In this document: positions 1 through 10,659 of the stretch, one piece after another
Numbering within the stretch: the stretch's first letter is position 1
How the letters are laid out: the number at the start of each line of letters is the position of its first letter
NCBI GenBank assembly: GCA_964621445.1
Contig: CAZUNO010000003.1
Span: 32,001 to 96,000 of the forward strand
DNA: 64,000 nt
From: Candidatus Hadarchaeota archaeon
Lineage (GTDB): Archaea > CAYQAE01 > CAYVLA01
Direction of reading: 5' to 3'
Program-made: the position numbers and the translations under genes
Notes under the pieces: model-generated
What the model saw: only the letters and a program-made list of their open reading frames with translations
Told to the model about the DNA's origin: nothing
Database searches by the model: none

Positions 1-869
1 CCACTCTCCACGATCTTGTCAACCATTTCACGGAGCATATCCTCCTCCTGGTCCAGGAACTGCTCCAACATGTTTGCATCCGAAACGTGGATCTTAGCAT
101 CGGTCTCGGTGTCCTTTACCTCGAGGGCGCAGCTGAGGGTCGCTATCTTGGCGTTCTCCACCTTCTTGGGCATTCCGGATTGGACCCTTTCCTTGTCTAT
201 GATAATGCCCTTGACCAGTTCGGTGTCGGCAACGGTGCCTCCTTCCTTCTTCTCGATCTTTATGTAATCGATGTCGAAGTCGTAACCCTCTCCCTCTCGC
301 TTCTCGGTCACTACCTGCTTCACGGCGCCAACCGCTATATCAGCGAGATAGTCAGAGATATTATCGGTGCCCTTTCCGGTCATGGAGGTGATTGCCACCT
401 TCCTCAGCACCTCTTCATCGTCGGGGTCGACCTTTTCTGCGATTTCATTTAGGATTTCGAGGGCTTTCTCCTCGGCTGCTCTGTATCCCTGAACTATTAG
501 GGTGGCGTGGACGTGCTCGTCGAGCATATCTTCCGCCTCCTTGAGCAGCTCCCCGGCCAGAACCACTGCCGTGGTCGTACCGTCGCCAACCTCATCATCC
601 TGGGCTTTGGCAACCTCCACCATCATCTTGGCGGCAGGGTGATCTACGTCCATCGCTTCGAGTATGGCCGCACCGTCATTAGTTATCACCACGTCACCCA
701 GGGTGTCCACGAGCATCTTGTCCATGCCCTTGGGCCCCAGAGTGGACCTCACGGCCTCTGCGATAACCTTCCCAGCCAAGATGTTATTGGACTGAGCGTC
801 CTTTCCTCTCGTTCGCTCGGTCCCTTCTTTCAGAAGAAGAACCGGTGTACCTCCAAGTTGTCCTGCCAT
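1..869 (-). CDS. Thermosome (group II chaperonin) subunit, N-terminal part; runs off window start
   Basis: Not in the ORF track. Minus-strand translation from ATG 869: [30 protein letters not shown]...[13 protein letters not shown]...ITNDGATIL...[19 protein letters not shown] upstream. Confidence 0.96.
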   Translation of the reverse strand, partial: MAGQLGGTPVLLLKEGTERTRGKDAQSNNILAGKVIAEAVRSTLGPKGMDKMLVDTLGDVVITNDGAAILEAMDVDHPAAKMMVEVAKAQDDEVGDGTTTAVVLAGELLKEAEDMLDEHVHATLIVQGYRAAEEKALEILNEIAEKVDPDDEEVLRKVAITSMTGKGTDNISDYLADIAVGAVKQVVTEKREGEGYDFDIDYIKIEKKEGGTVADTELVKGIIIDKERVQSGMPKKVENAKIATLSCALEVKDTETDAKIHVSDANMLEQFLDQEEDMLREMVDKIVES

Positions 870-923
870 ATTTTTTCACCTTCAGTCTCATGATAGTGTA
901 CTTTTCATCGAAATGACTTCTTG

Positions 924-937
924 GTTATATAAAAATA
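924..937 (-). promoter_or_regulatory. TATA box of thermosome gene
   Basis: Minus strand reads TATTTTTATATAAC, about 55-65 nt upstream of the ATG at 869. Confidence 0.6.
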
Positions 938-1021
938 TTCCCCCGGCTCGATCGGCTGAAGCACCGGTTACTAAACGCCGTAACAACATCCATTAGTGGA
1001 ATCGAGTTCACGTTTCAGGGT

Positions 1022-3397
1022 ATGAACCATATGACTCAGGAAACCCCGGAGGTCTTCCTTGCTCCCAACGGCTTTGACTGTGACGTCGCATTTCACCGGG
1101 GGGGATGGACCGCCTTCTATGTCTCCACTCCCAGCGTGGACTTCGACCATCTGGAAGAACTGGGTAGATACAAGGTCAGCTTCAGGCATGGGTCCAGTGA
1201 GAAGAATTGGAGGGATGCCTTCATCTCCCAGAAACGAGAGATGCATATGGTGGGTAGTACAGATGAGGGCATCAAGGAGGCTCATCTGGCTTCGGGTGAG
1301 CGCATGACCGCCCCCTCATTAGTAATAAGGGATGGTTTATACGCGGTTTGGGGGCAGCGCAGCGGTGGAATCTGGGAACTACAACTCTGGAATAAGGGTT
1401 CTATTAGCACCCTGTACCAAACACGGAATGTCATTAGGCGGCCCAGACTGGCGGCTGACTCCTCTGAAACCCTTTGGGTTGCCTGGGAGGAGACGACTCC
1501 GGACGGACACATGGTCTCCTTGATGTCCCAGGAAGAGGCCCCAAAAACCCGTTGGTCTTCACCGGGCACTGGAATCAACATCTCCTCCGGGTCCGGAGGA
1601 GCGGTTTGGCTCCTTTGGGAGTGCCCGAGTAAAGAGGGCACGCAGCTAAAGCTCTGGAACGTAAAAGAGGACGGAGCTCCTTCCGTCGTGCCCTCAAATG
1701 GCACCATGAATATAAACCCGGATCTTACCGTCGATGGCGAAGGGAATGTACTAATGGTCTGGGAATCCTCCCTGGCTTGGGGAAGGGATCAAAGAGCGGG
1801 ATTGAATCGTAGGATCGAGGGGTGTATATACGACCCCCGACCGGACGAGTTTAGAAGGATCCAGGGAACTGAAGAAGGGTACCTACCCATTCCCGACCTG
1901 GCCTTCAAGGACTTCAGCGTCCAGAACATCGTACCCATCCATCCCAAGATAGCTAACTCCTCGTCGGGAATAATCTGCACGTTTAGGATGTTCCACCCCC
2001 GGGGGATCAAATCCTTCGGCTGGGACATCTGCAAAATACATCGACACGATGGAAAATGGGTTCAACCAACGGTTATCAGCCAGGGGCCGGGTTATCCCGA
2101 TTCCGCCTACGGTGTCTCCCTCAAGGGAGATAGATTACTACTGGCATCTCATCGGTGCGATCATAAGCCGCAGCTTACCTACGAGGAGCAGGATCGGGGA
2201 GAAGAGGCCAGGGATACCCAACGGGCGGTAAATCACAGGATATCAGTGATCAACCGTCCAGCCTTTGAATCGAAAGGGCAAGAGGCACCTGTTCTGGAAA
2301 GGGGTCAGGCGCAATATGTCCCGGACCTGGACGTCCCTGACCCCATAGCCGGCCCCGGAAAGGGGATTCCCGATACCGGGTATCAGCTGATATGGGGAGA
2401 CATACACGTTCACTCCACCGCCTCCAAATGCATGAGCGCCAACGACGGCACCCCCATGGACAACATCCGTTGGCAGAGAGATGTCATGGATTCCCAGGTC
2501 CTCACTTTGACCGAGCACGTGGAGTACATGTCGGGACAGGAATATACTCGTAATGCGGATTTGCTGGAGGGAGAGGCCTGTGAAGACCGAGCTATACTCT
2601 ACGGACTGGAGTGGGCAAAGAGCCCGGCCCATCACACCAACTTCTTCTGCATCTCCAGAGTGGTATATGACCACCTGAGGACCATCCTACTTAGCGAAAA
2701 TCACCTAAGTGAGGTCTTCGACAGGGTGAAGAAGGAGCTACCTCCCCAATCGGTTTGTGCCATAAGGCACTTTCATGGGGAAAACGCCGACCAGTTCGGG
2801 GTTTCCGGGCCCAGAGTTACGGAGACCTTTGACGGGGAGGTAGAATGGGCCATGGAGGCCGTCCAGTCCAGGATAGACGCGATGACCGGGGATAATGGGC
2901 GTAGACTACCCCGATTTCCCGCTAATTTCCTCCAGCAAGGCGCTAAAATCGGGTTGGTGGGTGGGTCCGACCACTGCAGGGATAGCAGAAGGAGATTTTG
3001 CTTCACCGGGTTCTGGGTTGACGAGATATCTCCTCGGGGAGTTTTCAAGGCCCTCAGGGAGCGTCGGACCACGGCCACCGCATCCGGTAGGATAGCTCTC
3101 TGGCTGGAAACCGAAGGCGGAGAGGTGGAAATGGGCTCGGAGGGGCGAACAACATCACCGGTTGTCCTTAGGATAAAATATTCAGCCGAATCGCCTCTGA
3201 AATCCCTCCAGATATGGAAGGATGGGGAGTTCATCGACCTGGACACACCTGAAGAAAGCAGTGGAACGGTTAAATTCGTGGACCCGGACAGCGAAGGGCA
3301 GCACTGTTACCTGGCCCGTGCCACGTCAAGTAGCCATTTTCCCAAAATCAACGTTCTTGCCTATTCATCCCCCATATGGATAAAAGTAGAAAGATGA
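1022..3397 (+). CDS. PHP-like (CehA/McbA/DUF3604-type) metallohydrolase with N-terminal beta-rich domain
   Basis: C-terminal half has WGDIHVHS..S.NDG, TEH, HHTNFF and GLVGGSDH metal motifs. N-terminal half has Trp-rich propeller-like segments (LWVAWE, VWLLWE, LMVWE). Confidence 0.6.
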   Translation: MNHMTQETPEVFLAPNGFDCDVAFHRGGWTAFYVSTPSVDFDHLEELGRYKVSFRHGSSEKNWRDAFISQKREMHMVGSTDEGIKEAHLASGERMTAPSLVIRDGLYAVWGQRSGGIWELQLWNKGSISTLYQTRNVIRRPRLAADSSETLWVAWEETTPDGHMVSLMSQEEAPKTRWSSPGTGINISSGSGGAVWLLWECPSKEGTQLKLWNVKEDGAPSVVPSNGTMNINPDLTVDGEGNVLMVWESSLAWGRDQRAGLNRRIEGCIYDPRPDEFRRIQGTEEGYLPIPDLAFKDFSVQNIVPIHPKIANSSSGIICTFRMFHPRGIKSFGWDICKIHRHDGKWVQPTVISQGPGYPDSAYGVSLKGDRLLLASHRCDHKPQLTYEEQDRGEEARDTQRAVNHRISVINRPAFESKGQEAPVLERGQAQYVPDLDVPDPIAGPGKGIPDTGYQLIWGDIHVHSTASKCMSANDGTPMDNIRWQRDVMDSQVLTLTEHVEYMSGQEYTRNADLLEGEACEDRAILYGLEWAKSPAHHTNFFCISRVVYDHLRTILLSENHLSEVFDRVKKELPPQSVCAIRHFHGENADQFGVSGPRVTETFDGEVEWAMEAVQSRIDAMTGDNGRRLPRFPANFLQQGAKIGLVGGSDHCRDSRRRFCFTGFWVDEISPRGVFKALRERRTTATASGRIALWLETEGGEVEMGSEGRTTSPVVLRIKYSAESPLKSLQIWKDGEFIDLDTPEESSGTVKFVDPDSEGQHCYLARATSSSHFPKINVLAYSSPIWIKVER

Positions 3398-3401
3398 CCG
3401 G

Positions 3402-5627
3402 CTATCCCCCGGGATAGTTCTCATCAACCCATTTCTTTATCCTGGGGGCCAGCCTGCTGCCGATCCCGGGAACGTTGGACAGCTCCGCCACATGGGCCTC
3501 CTTTATATCAGGAAGCCCGCGGTAACCGGCATCCAGAAGGGCTCTCCCTCTAACCCGGCCCACCTGGGGAATGGAAACCAGAGGCAGGACCTCCTCCTTA
3601 ATCCCGTATCTTACCCGGTTTCGAAGCTTATCGATCTCTCCCCTCCCCCCGCTTCTCAGGACCCTGCCGATCTCGCTAGCTGCGTAGAGAAGCCAGTCCG
3701 CCGTCTCCAGTTTAGCTCTGAGACCGCCTGGAGCCACCCCAAATCGCTTCATGATGAGGTTCTCCCCGCATTCCTCTATCCAGGCCTCAAACATGGTGGC
3801 GGTCCTCAAGGCCTTCAGGAACTCCTCATATGAATATCCCCATTCATTGGGAATGGGAACTATCCCATCGGACTTCACCTCCTCCATTCGGTCCTCCATA
3901 TCTCCCCAGTCACCCTTGAGCCTCAGTAGCGGTCTCATCTCCACGGTATAACATATCATAAGTAGCAGGGAAAGAGGACTTGGTTTCCTATCCCTCTTTT
4001 TCATTCCCTTCATGGCCTCACATAGCCGGTACCCGGTATCGGGATCTATGTAGAGCTCGGATACCCGCTTGCCGATCTTGGTAGGACGGTACCTCCCGTC
4101 CCTCATTTTGATAAATCCATAATCCACAAGATCCCGGACCACGCCCTCGATCTTGGATTCCAACTCCTCGCTGGCGCCGAATTGATGGCCGTGAAACGTG
4201 GTACCGATAACCCTCATCAGGTCATGCCACTTGGACACGAAGTCGGATGCTATTAGCCCCAAAATATGCATTCTGAGCACCGGCTCCAGGGCCATCTTGG
4301 ACCTTATGGGCTCGATGTCTCCGCGGAGATACCTCTCCTCTATCTCCTTCTCCGACCCCTTGGACTTTGCTATGCATACCGCCTCGCCATGGTCGTCGTA
4401 CTGGGGCCTCCCCGCCCGGCCGCACATCTGACGATACTCGAGAACTGGGATATACTCGGCTGCAAATCCGGTGAATCTTTTCAGATTACGAATTACCACC
4501 CTCATGGCCGGCAGATTAACACCGTAGACCAGGGTGGGGGTCGCAGATACGACCTTGATCAGCCCGGATCTGTAGCTATCCTCAACTATCCTCTTCTGCT
4601 CGCTCGTCTCCCCTGCATGATGAAAAGCTGTTCCCTTTCTGACACAATCGGCCAAACGCTCGCATTGAACTGTGGGGGTCTCCACGGCGGAAAGTATCTC
4701 GTCGGCCAGACCCGAGAGCTGCAATAGGTGTTCCTCTCCCAGCAGCGACTCCATGGCGGACGCTGCGTCCTCGGCCAGACGCTCGGCCCCCCTGCGGGTG
4801 GACGCAAAGAGAAGTGCTTGTTTTCCCTCTCTAACCACCTCCCGAGCCAACATTATTGCCGGCGAACCGCCCTTCTCGCCCACTTCACGTAGGTCCTCCT
4901 CATCGCCATCGATGAACCTGATCCGTCCGTTTCTGTATATGCCCTGGCTAAGTTTAACCGGTCGCCAGTCGGAGGATACCAACACTCCATCCAGCCAGGC
5001 GGCGACCTCCTCAGGGTTCCCTATGGTTGCCGACAGGGCCAGAATCCTGGTGCTGGGATTCATCTCCCGAAATTTGGTTATCACCATCTCCAGTGTTGGG
5101 CCCCTTCTCTCGGAGTCCATTAGGTGAATCTCATCCACCACTACTATGCCCACGTCATCGAACCACATGGGCCTGGACCTGAGTATGGAATCGCATCTCT
5201 CCGAGGTGGTGATAAGGATATCAAAATTCAAGTGGTAGGGCGACCTCGAAAGATCTCGATCCCCGGTTTGTACCCTCACCTTGTATCCAAGTGGGGAATA
5301 TTTTTTCTCGAACTCCGTGTGTTTCTCCTTGGCCAATGCCCGTAAGGGCACTATGTAGACCACCTTCATTCCGTATTTGACCAGCGCTTCCATGAATGCA
5401 AACTCGGCCACGGCGGTTTTTCCGCTGGCGGTGGCTGAGCATATGACCATGTTCCGATCGCCCAAAGCCCCCTTTTCTAATGCAAGTTTCTGCACCGGGT
5501 TGAGCTCCTGGTACCCCGATTTCTCCATTACCAACTTGACGACATCTTTTTCAGCCCGATCCTCTTCCCGGTCCTCGGGTTCCACAAGTCGTCTCTGACC
5601 TCTGAGATCTCTTCCCGATAGCCTCAA
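3402..5627 (-). CDS. hel308: Ski2-like DNA helicase Hel308
   Basis: SATASGKT Walker A, DEIH, LSATIGN, FHHAG, QMCGRAGRP, C-terminal RVRGRAL and HhH motifs. Confidence 0.92.
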   Translation of the reverse strand: MRLSGRDLRGQRRLVEPEDREEDRAEKDVVKLVMEKSGYQELNPVQKLALEKGALGDRNMVICSATASGKTAVAEFAFMEALVKYGMKVVYIVPLRALAKEKHTEFEKKYSPLGYKVRVQTGDRDLSRSPYHLNFDILITTSERCDSILRSRPMWFDDVGIVVVDEIHLMDSERRGPTLEMVITKFREMNPSTRILALSATIGNPEEVAAWLDGVLVSSDWRPVKLSQGIYRNGRIRFIDGDEEDLREVGEKGGSPAIMLAREVVREGKQALLFASTRRGAERLAEDAASAMESLLGEEHLLQLSGLADEILSAVETPTVQCERLADCVRKGTAFHHAGETSEQKRIVEDSYRSGLIKVVSATPTLVYGVNLPAMRVVIRNLKRFTGFAAEYIPVLEYRQMCGRAGRPQYDDHGEAVCIAKSKGSEKEIEERYLRGDIEPIRSKMALEPVLRMHILGLIASDFVSKWHDLMRVIGTTFHGHQFGASEELESKIEGVVRDLVDYGFIKMRDGRYRPTKIGKRVSELYIDPDTGYRLCEAMKGMKKRDRKPSPLSLLLMICYTVEMRPLLRLKGDWGDMEDRMEEVKSDGIVPIPNEWGYSYEEFLKALRTATMFEAWIEECGENLIMKRFGVAPGGLRAKLETADWLLYAASEIGRVLRSGGRGEIDKLRNRVRYGIKEEVLPLVSIPQVGRVRGRALLDAGYRGLPDIKEAHVAELSNVPGIGSRLAPRIKKWVDENYPGG

Positions 5628-5667
5628 CGTGGTTAAATGGGCAGGACGACGAATAAATCTTCTGAAA

Positions 5668-6870
5668 CTAGGAAAGGTTTGAAATCTCTCTTGCCAGACT
5701 CATCTGTCTACTGAAAGCTCCCTTCGCCTTTCCCCGTCTTGTTAGGTCGCCGATATTGCCCATTACTTCACTTGAAATTGGTGCCGGCTGCTCCCCGGCC
5801 ATCGATGAGCCGGACAGGGGCATGAAATGATGAATCCTGATCTCACATCCCCGGTCGACGAGCTCGGAGATCAAACCCACGGTTTCCAGCTGATCGCTCT
5901 CGGTTTCTCCTGGAAAACCGAACATCAAATCCACACAGGGAACCAGGCCTGCATCCAATAGAATATCCACCGCGGAACGAATATCCCTCACCTTATGTCC
6001 CCTTCTCATTTTCCTGAGAATATCATCCGATCCCGATTGCCCCCCGATACTCACTCGTTCATTATCCGCCAATCGGGATATCAGATCTGCAGTCTCTGGG
6101 GTCACGAAATCCGGTCTGGCCTCGCTGGGAAAGGTTGAGAAGAATATCCTCTTCCTTCCCGGGAGGTTTCTCAGGGATTCTAGAAGCTCCTGAACCCGTG
6201 AAACATTGGGATTTCCATTCATTGACCCGTAACCCAATGAGTTAGGAGATATGAATCTGAAATCCCACCGATCCCTTAGCTCAACCAATCTCCTGGCAGC
6301 CTCCAGAACCGAGCCAACGGACCTGTGACGAAGTGGTCCGCAGCATTTCGGAACCGAACAATACCTGCATTTAAAGAGACATCCCCGGCTGATCTCAAGT
6401 GGGGGGTACAGAGCATGCTTGAAGGAAACCGGTGGGTAGCGGTCAAGGCTATCGATGGGTTCTCCCCTTACGATGGGCCATGAACCCGGCCTTTTTTCTC
6501 CACAGAGCGCATTCAATACACCAGGGAAAATTATCTCCCCTTCACCCCTCACCACGGCGTCAAACCCGATTTCCAGCACCTTTTCCGGCGATCCCGTCGC
6601 ATGGGGCCCACCAGCAAGCAGTTTTGCCTCATGACCGAATTCTTTCCTGATGTCCCTTACCAGTGACATCGTTTCCAGGAATTCCGTGGTCATGAAGGAC
6701 ATGCAACATATCACCGGTTTGAAATCCGGGATGAGCCGACCTATACGGGAAATAACATCCTTGGAGAGGAATACCTTCCCCTCAAAATCCGACTGCTCTA
6801 TGGAATTGACCAGAGGAACGTAGCTATACCAATTTCTATTCGTAGTATGAAAGACGATCGCTGGTCTCAA
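5668..6870 (-). CDS. B12-binding domain radical SAM protein (MJ1487-like)
   Basis: AGGPHATG and GEGE B12-binding-type motifs; EISRGCLFKCRYC CxxxCxxC; FPSEARPDFVT. Confidence 0.8.
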   Translation of the reverse strand: MRPAIVFHTTNRNWYSYVPLVNSIEQSDFEGKVFLSKDVISRIGRLIPDFKPVICCMSFMTTEFLETMSLVRDIRKEFGHEAKLLAGGPHATGSPEKVLEIGFDAVVRGEGEIIFPGVLNALCGEKRPGSWPIVRGEPIDSLDRYPPVSFKHALYPPLEISRGCLFKCRYCSVPKCCGPLRHRSVGSVLEAARRLVELRDRWDFRFISPNSLGYGSMNGNPNVSRVQELLESLRNLPGRKRIFFSTFPSEARPDFVTPETADLISRLADNERVSIGGQSGSDDILRKMRRGHKVRDIRSAVDILLDAGLVPCVDLMFGFPGETESDQLETVGLISELVDRGCEIRIHHFMPLSGSSMAGEQPAPISSEVMGNIGDLTRRGKAKGAFSRQMSLAREISNLS

Positions 6871-6883
6871 CTCATCTCCTCAG

Positions 6884-8020
6884 CTAAATCCCGATGAGAA
6901 GGGGGAGGTCCTGAAGCTTTCCCTCGGGCAGGACACCGTCTGCATACCTCTCAACCATGCCCCCCTTATCATATGCTATTCCGGTTCCCGCCTTCCGAAT
7001 AATTGAAAGGTCATTCGCCCCATCACCCACCGCCAATACCTGGTCCAGGGTTAAGCCGAGGTCGCTGGCCAGCTCCTTCATCTTCCTGCACTTCATCTCC
7101 CGGTCGATGACCTTCCCTCTCACCGTTCCGGTCAGACGCCCGTCCTTGATCTCAACCTCATTCCCTATGGCGTGGTCCATTCCAAGTCTCTGTCTGGCCT
7201 TCTCGGTGAAGAAGGTGAAAGCACCGCTTATGATTGATGTCTTCATGCCTCCCATTCTCAGCCTTCTCAGGAGCTGGGACACGCCCTCCGTGGTATCCGC
7301 CTTGGCCCAAACGTCCTGCAACTGTTCCTCGGTGACCCCTCTCAGGAGGGCAACCCTCTGTAGAAATGATCTCCTGTAATCCAATTCACCCGACATGGAT
7401 CTCTCTGTAAGCTCCTCGACCTGTTCCTTCTTTCCCGCCACCTTCCCAACCTCAACTATAAGTTCCTGGGCCACCAGGGTGCTATCAAGGTCAAAACAGG
7501 CCAGCTTCTTTCCTTTTTTAAAAAGGGAAAGGGGCTGGGAGATCATCCCTAAATCATGCCTCTCCGCCATATCAAGGAAATCCGGTCTCTTCTCGATTAG
7601 AGGGGTATGTCTCTCAGTGGAAAGACGGAAGTCCAAAGCGGCTGGCTGACCGGGATTGTGGTCCATCCTCACCAGGTCCAGTCCTGGGACCTCGTTTGAG
7701 AGATTCTCAAGCTTTCCTAGAAGGGCGGATTGACATTCCTCGGTCCTATGGACATTTCCAACCGCTCTAATAAACCAGTCCGATCCGGGAGGCGGGGGGT
7801 TATCGGCCACGGGGTTTCCCAGAGAAACGGAAATTCCCGGACCAACGATATCGGAGACTCTTTGGGTGGAGGTAGAGGAGGCAAGCCAGACATAGAGTAG
7901 GGTCTCCTTCCTCAGGGTTCCCAGGAGCGACAGACCTTCCTTGTCGAGAATTCTAACGATTTCTATTGCAGAATCGGTGGGATCCAGTTTCAGCAGGAAG
8001 ATCTTACCCCTGGGGGTCAT
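6884..8020 (-). CDS. serB: Phosphoserine phosphatase with N-terminal extension
   Basis: HAD motifs FDLDSTL, ISGAF, VGDGAND. Confidence 0.85.
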   Translation of the reverse strand: MTPRGKIFLLKLDPTDSAIEIVRILDKEGLSLLGTLRKETLLYVWLASSTSTQRVSDIVGPGISVSLGNPVADNPPPPGSDWFIRAVGNVHRTEECQSALLGKLENLSNEVPGLDLVRMDHNPGQPAALDFRLSTERHTPLIEKRPDFLDMAERHDLGMISQPLSLFKKGKKLACFDLDSTLVAQELIVEVGKVAGKKEQVEELTERSMSGELDYRRSFLQRVALLRGVTEEQLQDVWAKADTTEGVSQLLRRLRMGGMKTSIISGAFTFFTEKARQRLGMDHAIGNEVEIKDGRLTGTVRGKVIDREMKCRKMKELASDLGLTLDQVLAVGDGANDLSIIRKAGTGIAYDKGGMVERYADGVLPEGKLQDLPLLIGI

Positions 8021-8135
8021 GCCTTGGGCACGTCTAAGTTAGCTAATTAATATTGTCGCCTTGAGATTGTCCTTTCCAGTCCTGGATTTTGGTATCCGAA
8101 TAGATTTTATAAGCTCAAGAGGACTTGGAAGAAAG

Positions 8136-9215
8136 ATGGAAAACGGTGTCTCCCGGCGGCAATTCATCAAGGCCAGCTTTGCTGCATCCGCCCTTGCGCT
8201 TGCAGGTTCCAAAACGGTCGCTGCCCAAACGGAGCCGGGACCCGACTCCATAATAATGGCCAGGGACGGGACCCCAAATGAGCTGGTATCAGCGGCCCTG
8301 GAGCCCATCGGGGGGATGGAACGTTTTGTCAGCCCCGGTGACACCGTGCTGGTTAAGCCTAACGCAAGTTTCGCCGTTGGACCCGATACGGGACCCAACA
8401 CGAACACGGCCGTTGCATCAACGGTAGTTGGGCTGGCCCTCGAGGCAGGGGCAGACCGGGTTGTCTTGGCCGATCACACCATAAGTAAGCCTGGTTCAAT
8501 AACCACCAAAATCAATGGGCTCAAATCCGCGGCAGAGAGCTACGGAGGAGAGTTCCTCGTCCTACAGGAAAGCTCAGATTTTCAATCGGTACCCGTTGAA
8601 GGGGCAACAACGCTGACCGACACCGATGTCGCAAATATTTACCTAGATTCCGACACCCTCATCAACCTCCCCGTGCTCAAACACCATGACGCAACCGGCT
8701 GTTCCATTGGTCTCAAGAACCTGATGGGTCTCGTATATGACCGTAGCTTTTTCCACAAATACGGGCTCTACACCTGCATTGCGGAACTGTCCCTGGCCAT
8801 CAAGCCCGACATTACCATCGTGGATGCCACCAGGACATTAATGACAAACGGTCCTCGAGGACCCGGCGAAACACAAGACCTGGGCAGGATTGTAGCGGGT
8901 GTAGATCCAGTGGGCGTGGACGTCGCATGCATCGGACTGGGCTCTTCTCTAGGCTATTCGGGTTTTGATCTGGATAGGCATAATGAGTATATATCCATTG
9001 CACAGGACCTTGGTATCGGCGATGGTAATCAGGCGTCCGTGGCCGCCAAGACCTTTGACTGGGACTCCTCCCAACAGGATTGGAAGTGCATCGCAACCGA
9101 GGATAATGGAGGTCTGCCGGAATGGACTCCCTACGCATCCCTATCCCTGGCATCGATTGCACTGGGACTGGCTGCCACCACTTTCGACCGCAGGAGGGGC
9201 CGGGATGTCCAGTAA
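8136..9215 (+). CDS. Tat-exported DUF362-domain protein with C-terminal membrane anchor
   Basis: SRRQFIK Tat motif; VLVKPN, INLPVLKHH, GLKNLMG, DPVGVD DUF362 motifs; C-terminal TM followed by RRRGR. Confidence 0.8.
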   Translation: MENGVSRRQFIKASFAASALALAGSKTVAAQTEPGPDSIIMARDGTPNELVSAALEPIGGMERFVSPGDTVLVKPNASFAVGPDTGPNTNTAVASTVVGLALEAGADRVVLADHTISKPGSITTKINGLKSAAESYGGEFLVLQESSDFQSVPVEGATTLTDTDVANIYLDSDTLINLPVLKHHDATGCSIGLKNLMGLVYDRSFFHKYGLYTCIAELSLAIKPDITIVDATRTLMTNGPRGPGETQDLGRIVAGVDPVGVDVACIGLGSSLGYSGFDLDRHNEYISIAQDLGIGDGNQASVAAKTFDWDSSQQDWKCIATEDNGGLPEWTPYASLSLASIALGLAATTFDRRRGRDVQ

Positions 9216-9882
9216 GGATGGGGAAAATACACCGTTCAACGATATGAGCAGGCGCAAATTCCTCGGGGTTGTCGCTGCAGGCGGTGCTATCTCAGTGGCC
9301 GGGATTAGCATGGGCGGGAAAACAGAGGAAGTCGATCTACTCAGGCCACCGGGCTCCATCGAGGAGGATGGATTTCTATCCCTCTGTGCTCGCTGTGGGA
9401 GATGTGTGAGCGTGTGTCCCAACTCGGCGCTGCGCCTCCAGGGATTTGAAAATGGTGTACATAATTGGTTGACCCCGGAGCTAGTTCCGGGAAATGGCTA
9501 TTGCATCATGCCCGTAAACGGTTGTCAGAGGTGCATAGAGGCCTGTCCGGCCAAGGTTCTCCAGCCCATCGATCTGGAGGACGTGGCTCCTGGCGAGCTA
9601 TCAGGCCGGCTGAAGATGGGAACGGCGTCGGTGGACACCGACATCTGTATCCCCTATTCCCTTAAGCAGCCCTGTCTTGCATGTAAGGAGATATGTCCCG
9701 TTGAGGGAGCAATAACCACACACGGAGGAGAGGGAGAGGGAGGCCGGATCAAGAAACCCGAGTTCAATAACGATATTTGCGTGGGGTGCGGGGCGTGTGA
9801 GAATGCCTGTCCCACCACCCCCAAAGCGGTTACCGTATCCTCGGAAGGTGCCTTGAGAACCGGGTGGAGGGACAGAATATGA
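9205..9882 (+). CDS. MauM/NapG-family 4x[4Fe-4S] ferredoxin with Tat signal
   Basis: SRRKFLG; LRPPGS..E..FL..CARCGRCVSVCP; four Cys clusters. Confidence 0.85.
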   Translation: MSSKDGENTPFNDMSRRKFLGVVAAGGAISVAGISMGGKTEEVDLLRPPGSIEEDGFLSLCARCGRCVSVCPNSALRLQGFENGVHNWLTPELVPGNGYCIMPVNGCQRCIEACPAKVLQPIDLEDVAPGELSGRLKMGTASVDTDICIPYSLKQPCLACKEICPVEGAITTHGGEGEGGRIKKPEFNNDICVGCGACENACPTTPKAVTVSSEGALRTGWRDRI

Positions 9883-10649
9883 CTGAGGAGAAAGGCTTTC
9901 TCTCCTCCATAAAGGCCAGGTACCTCAGGCACATCGTCCAGGCCCAGGTGATGATCGTGATGATATATGCGGTCAGCCATCCGCAGATCCCGGTCTTCGT
10001 TCTTTGGAGGATCGACCCTCTGCTGAGTTTCGGTGCCGCCCTGTCAGGGGAGGTAATTGCTCTTGGATTCATAATTCTGGCCATTGCCATGCTAGTTCTC
10101 GCCGCAATCCTTGGCCGGGCTTTCTGCGGATGGGTGTGTCCCATCGGGTTCCTCCAGGATTTAACCTCCTATGGCACAAATAAGAAATGGATGCCCGAAT
10201 CCCTCAGATACGTCAAATACGCGCTATTAATCGGAGGTCTCGGCATGGCCGCTGTGTCGGGCTGGAATTTTCTGCATTGGATAACACCACTAAGCATGTT
10301 TCCTAGAGGTATTTCACCGGTCTGGGAGTGGTTCGATACCTCAGTATTTGGGCTTTCCATCCTATTATTGGCCCTGGGGTTTTCTGCCGTTACCGAAAAG
10401 AGAGCCTGGTGCAGGTATGTGTGCCCTCTCGGAGCAATGCACTCCCTTCCCTCCGGGTTCCGCGCGGTAGGAATCGACCTCGACCGGGATAAATGCATCA
10501 AATGCATGAAATGTGAGAAGGCATGTACAATGGGCATCATAGACATAAAGGGGCAATGGGGGTTGAGATGGGATTCCGAGTGTATCGACTGCCTTTCCTG
10601 CCGTGATGTCTGTCCGGTTGATGCCATAAATCTATCAACTAGGTTTTGA
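9879..10649 (+). CDS. NapH/MauN-family membrane 4Fe-4S protein
   Basis: GRAFCGWVCPIG, RAWCRYVCPLG, two C-terminal ferredoxin motifs, TM helices. Confidence 0.87.
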   Translation: MTEEKGFLSSIKARYLRHIVQAQVMIVMIYAVSHPQIPVFVLWRIDPLLSFGAALSGEVIALGFIILAIAMLVLAAILGRAFCGWVCPIGFLQDLTSYGTNKKWMPESLRYVKYALLIGGLGMAAVSGWNFLHWITPLSMFPRGISPVWEWFDTSVFGLSILLLALGFSAVTEKRAWCRYVCPLGAMHSLPSGFRAVGIDLDRDKCIKCMKCEKACTMGIIDIKGQWGLRWDSECIDCLSCRDVCPVDAINLSTRF

Positions 10650-10659
10650 TACGGAAATC

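Noticed and set aside
16-893. Three plus-strand ORFs in the track
   Set aside because: Antisense shadows of the minus-strand thermosome gene, which the track missed because it runs off the window.
900-940. Phr-type heat-shock operator at the thermosome promoter
   Set aside because: Spacing and half-sites do not match the consensus as I recall it.
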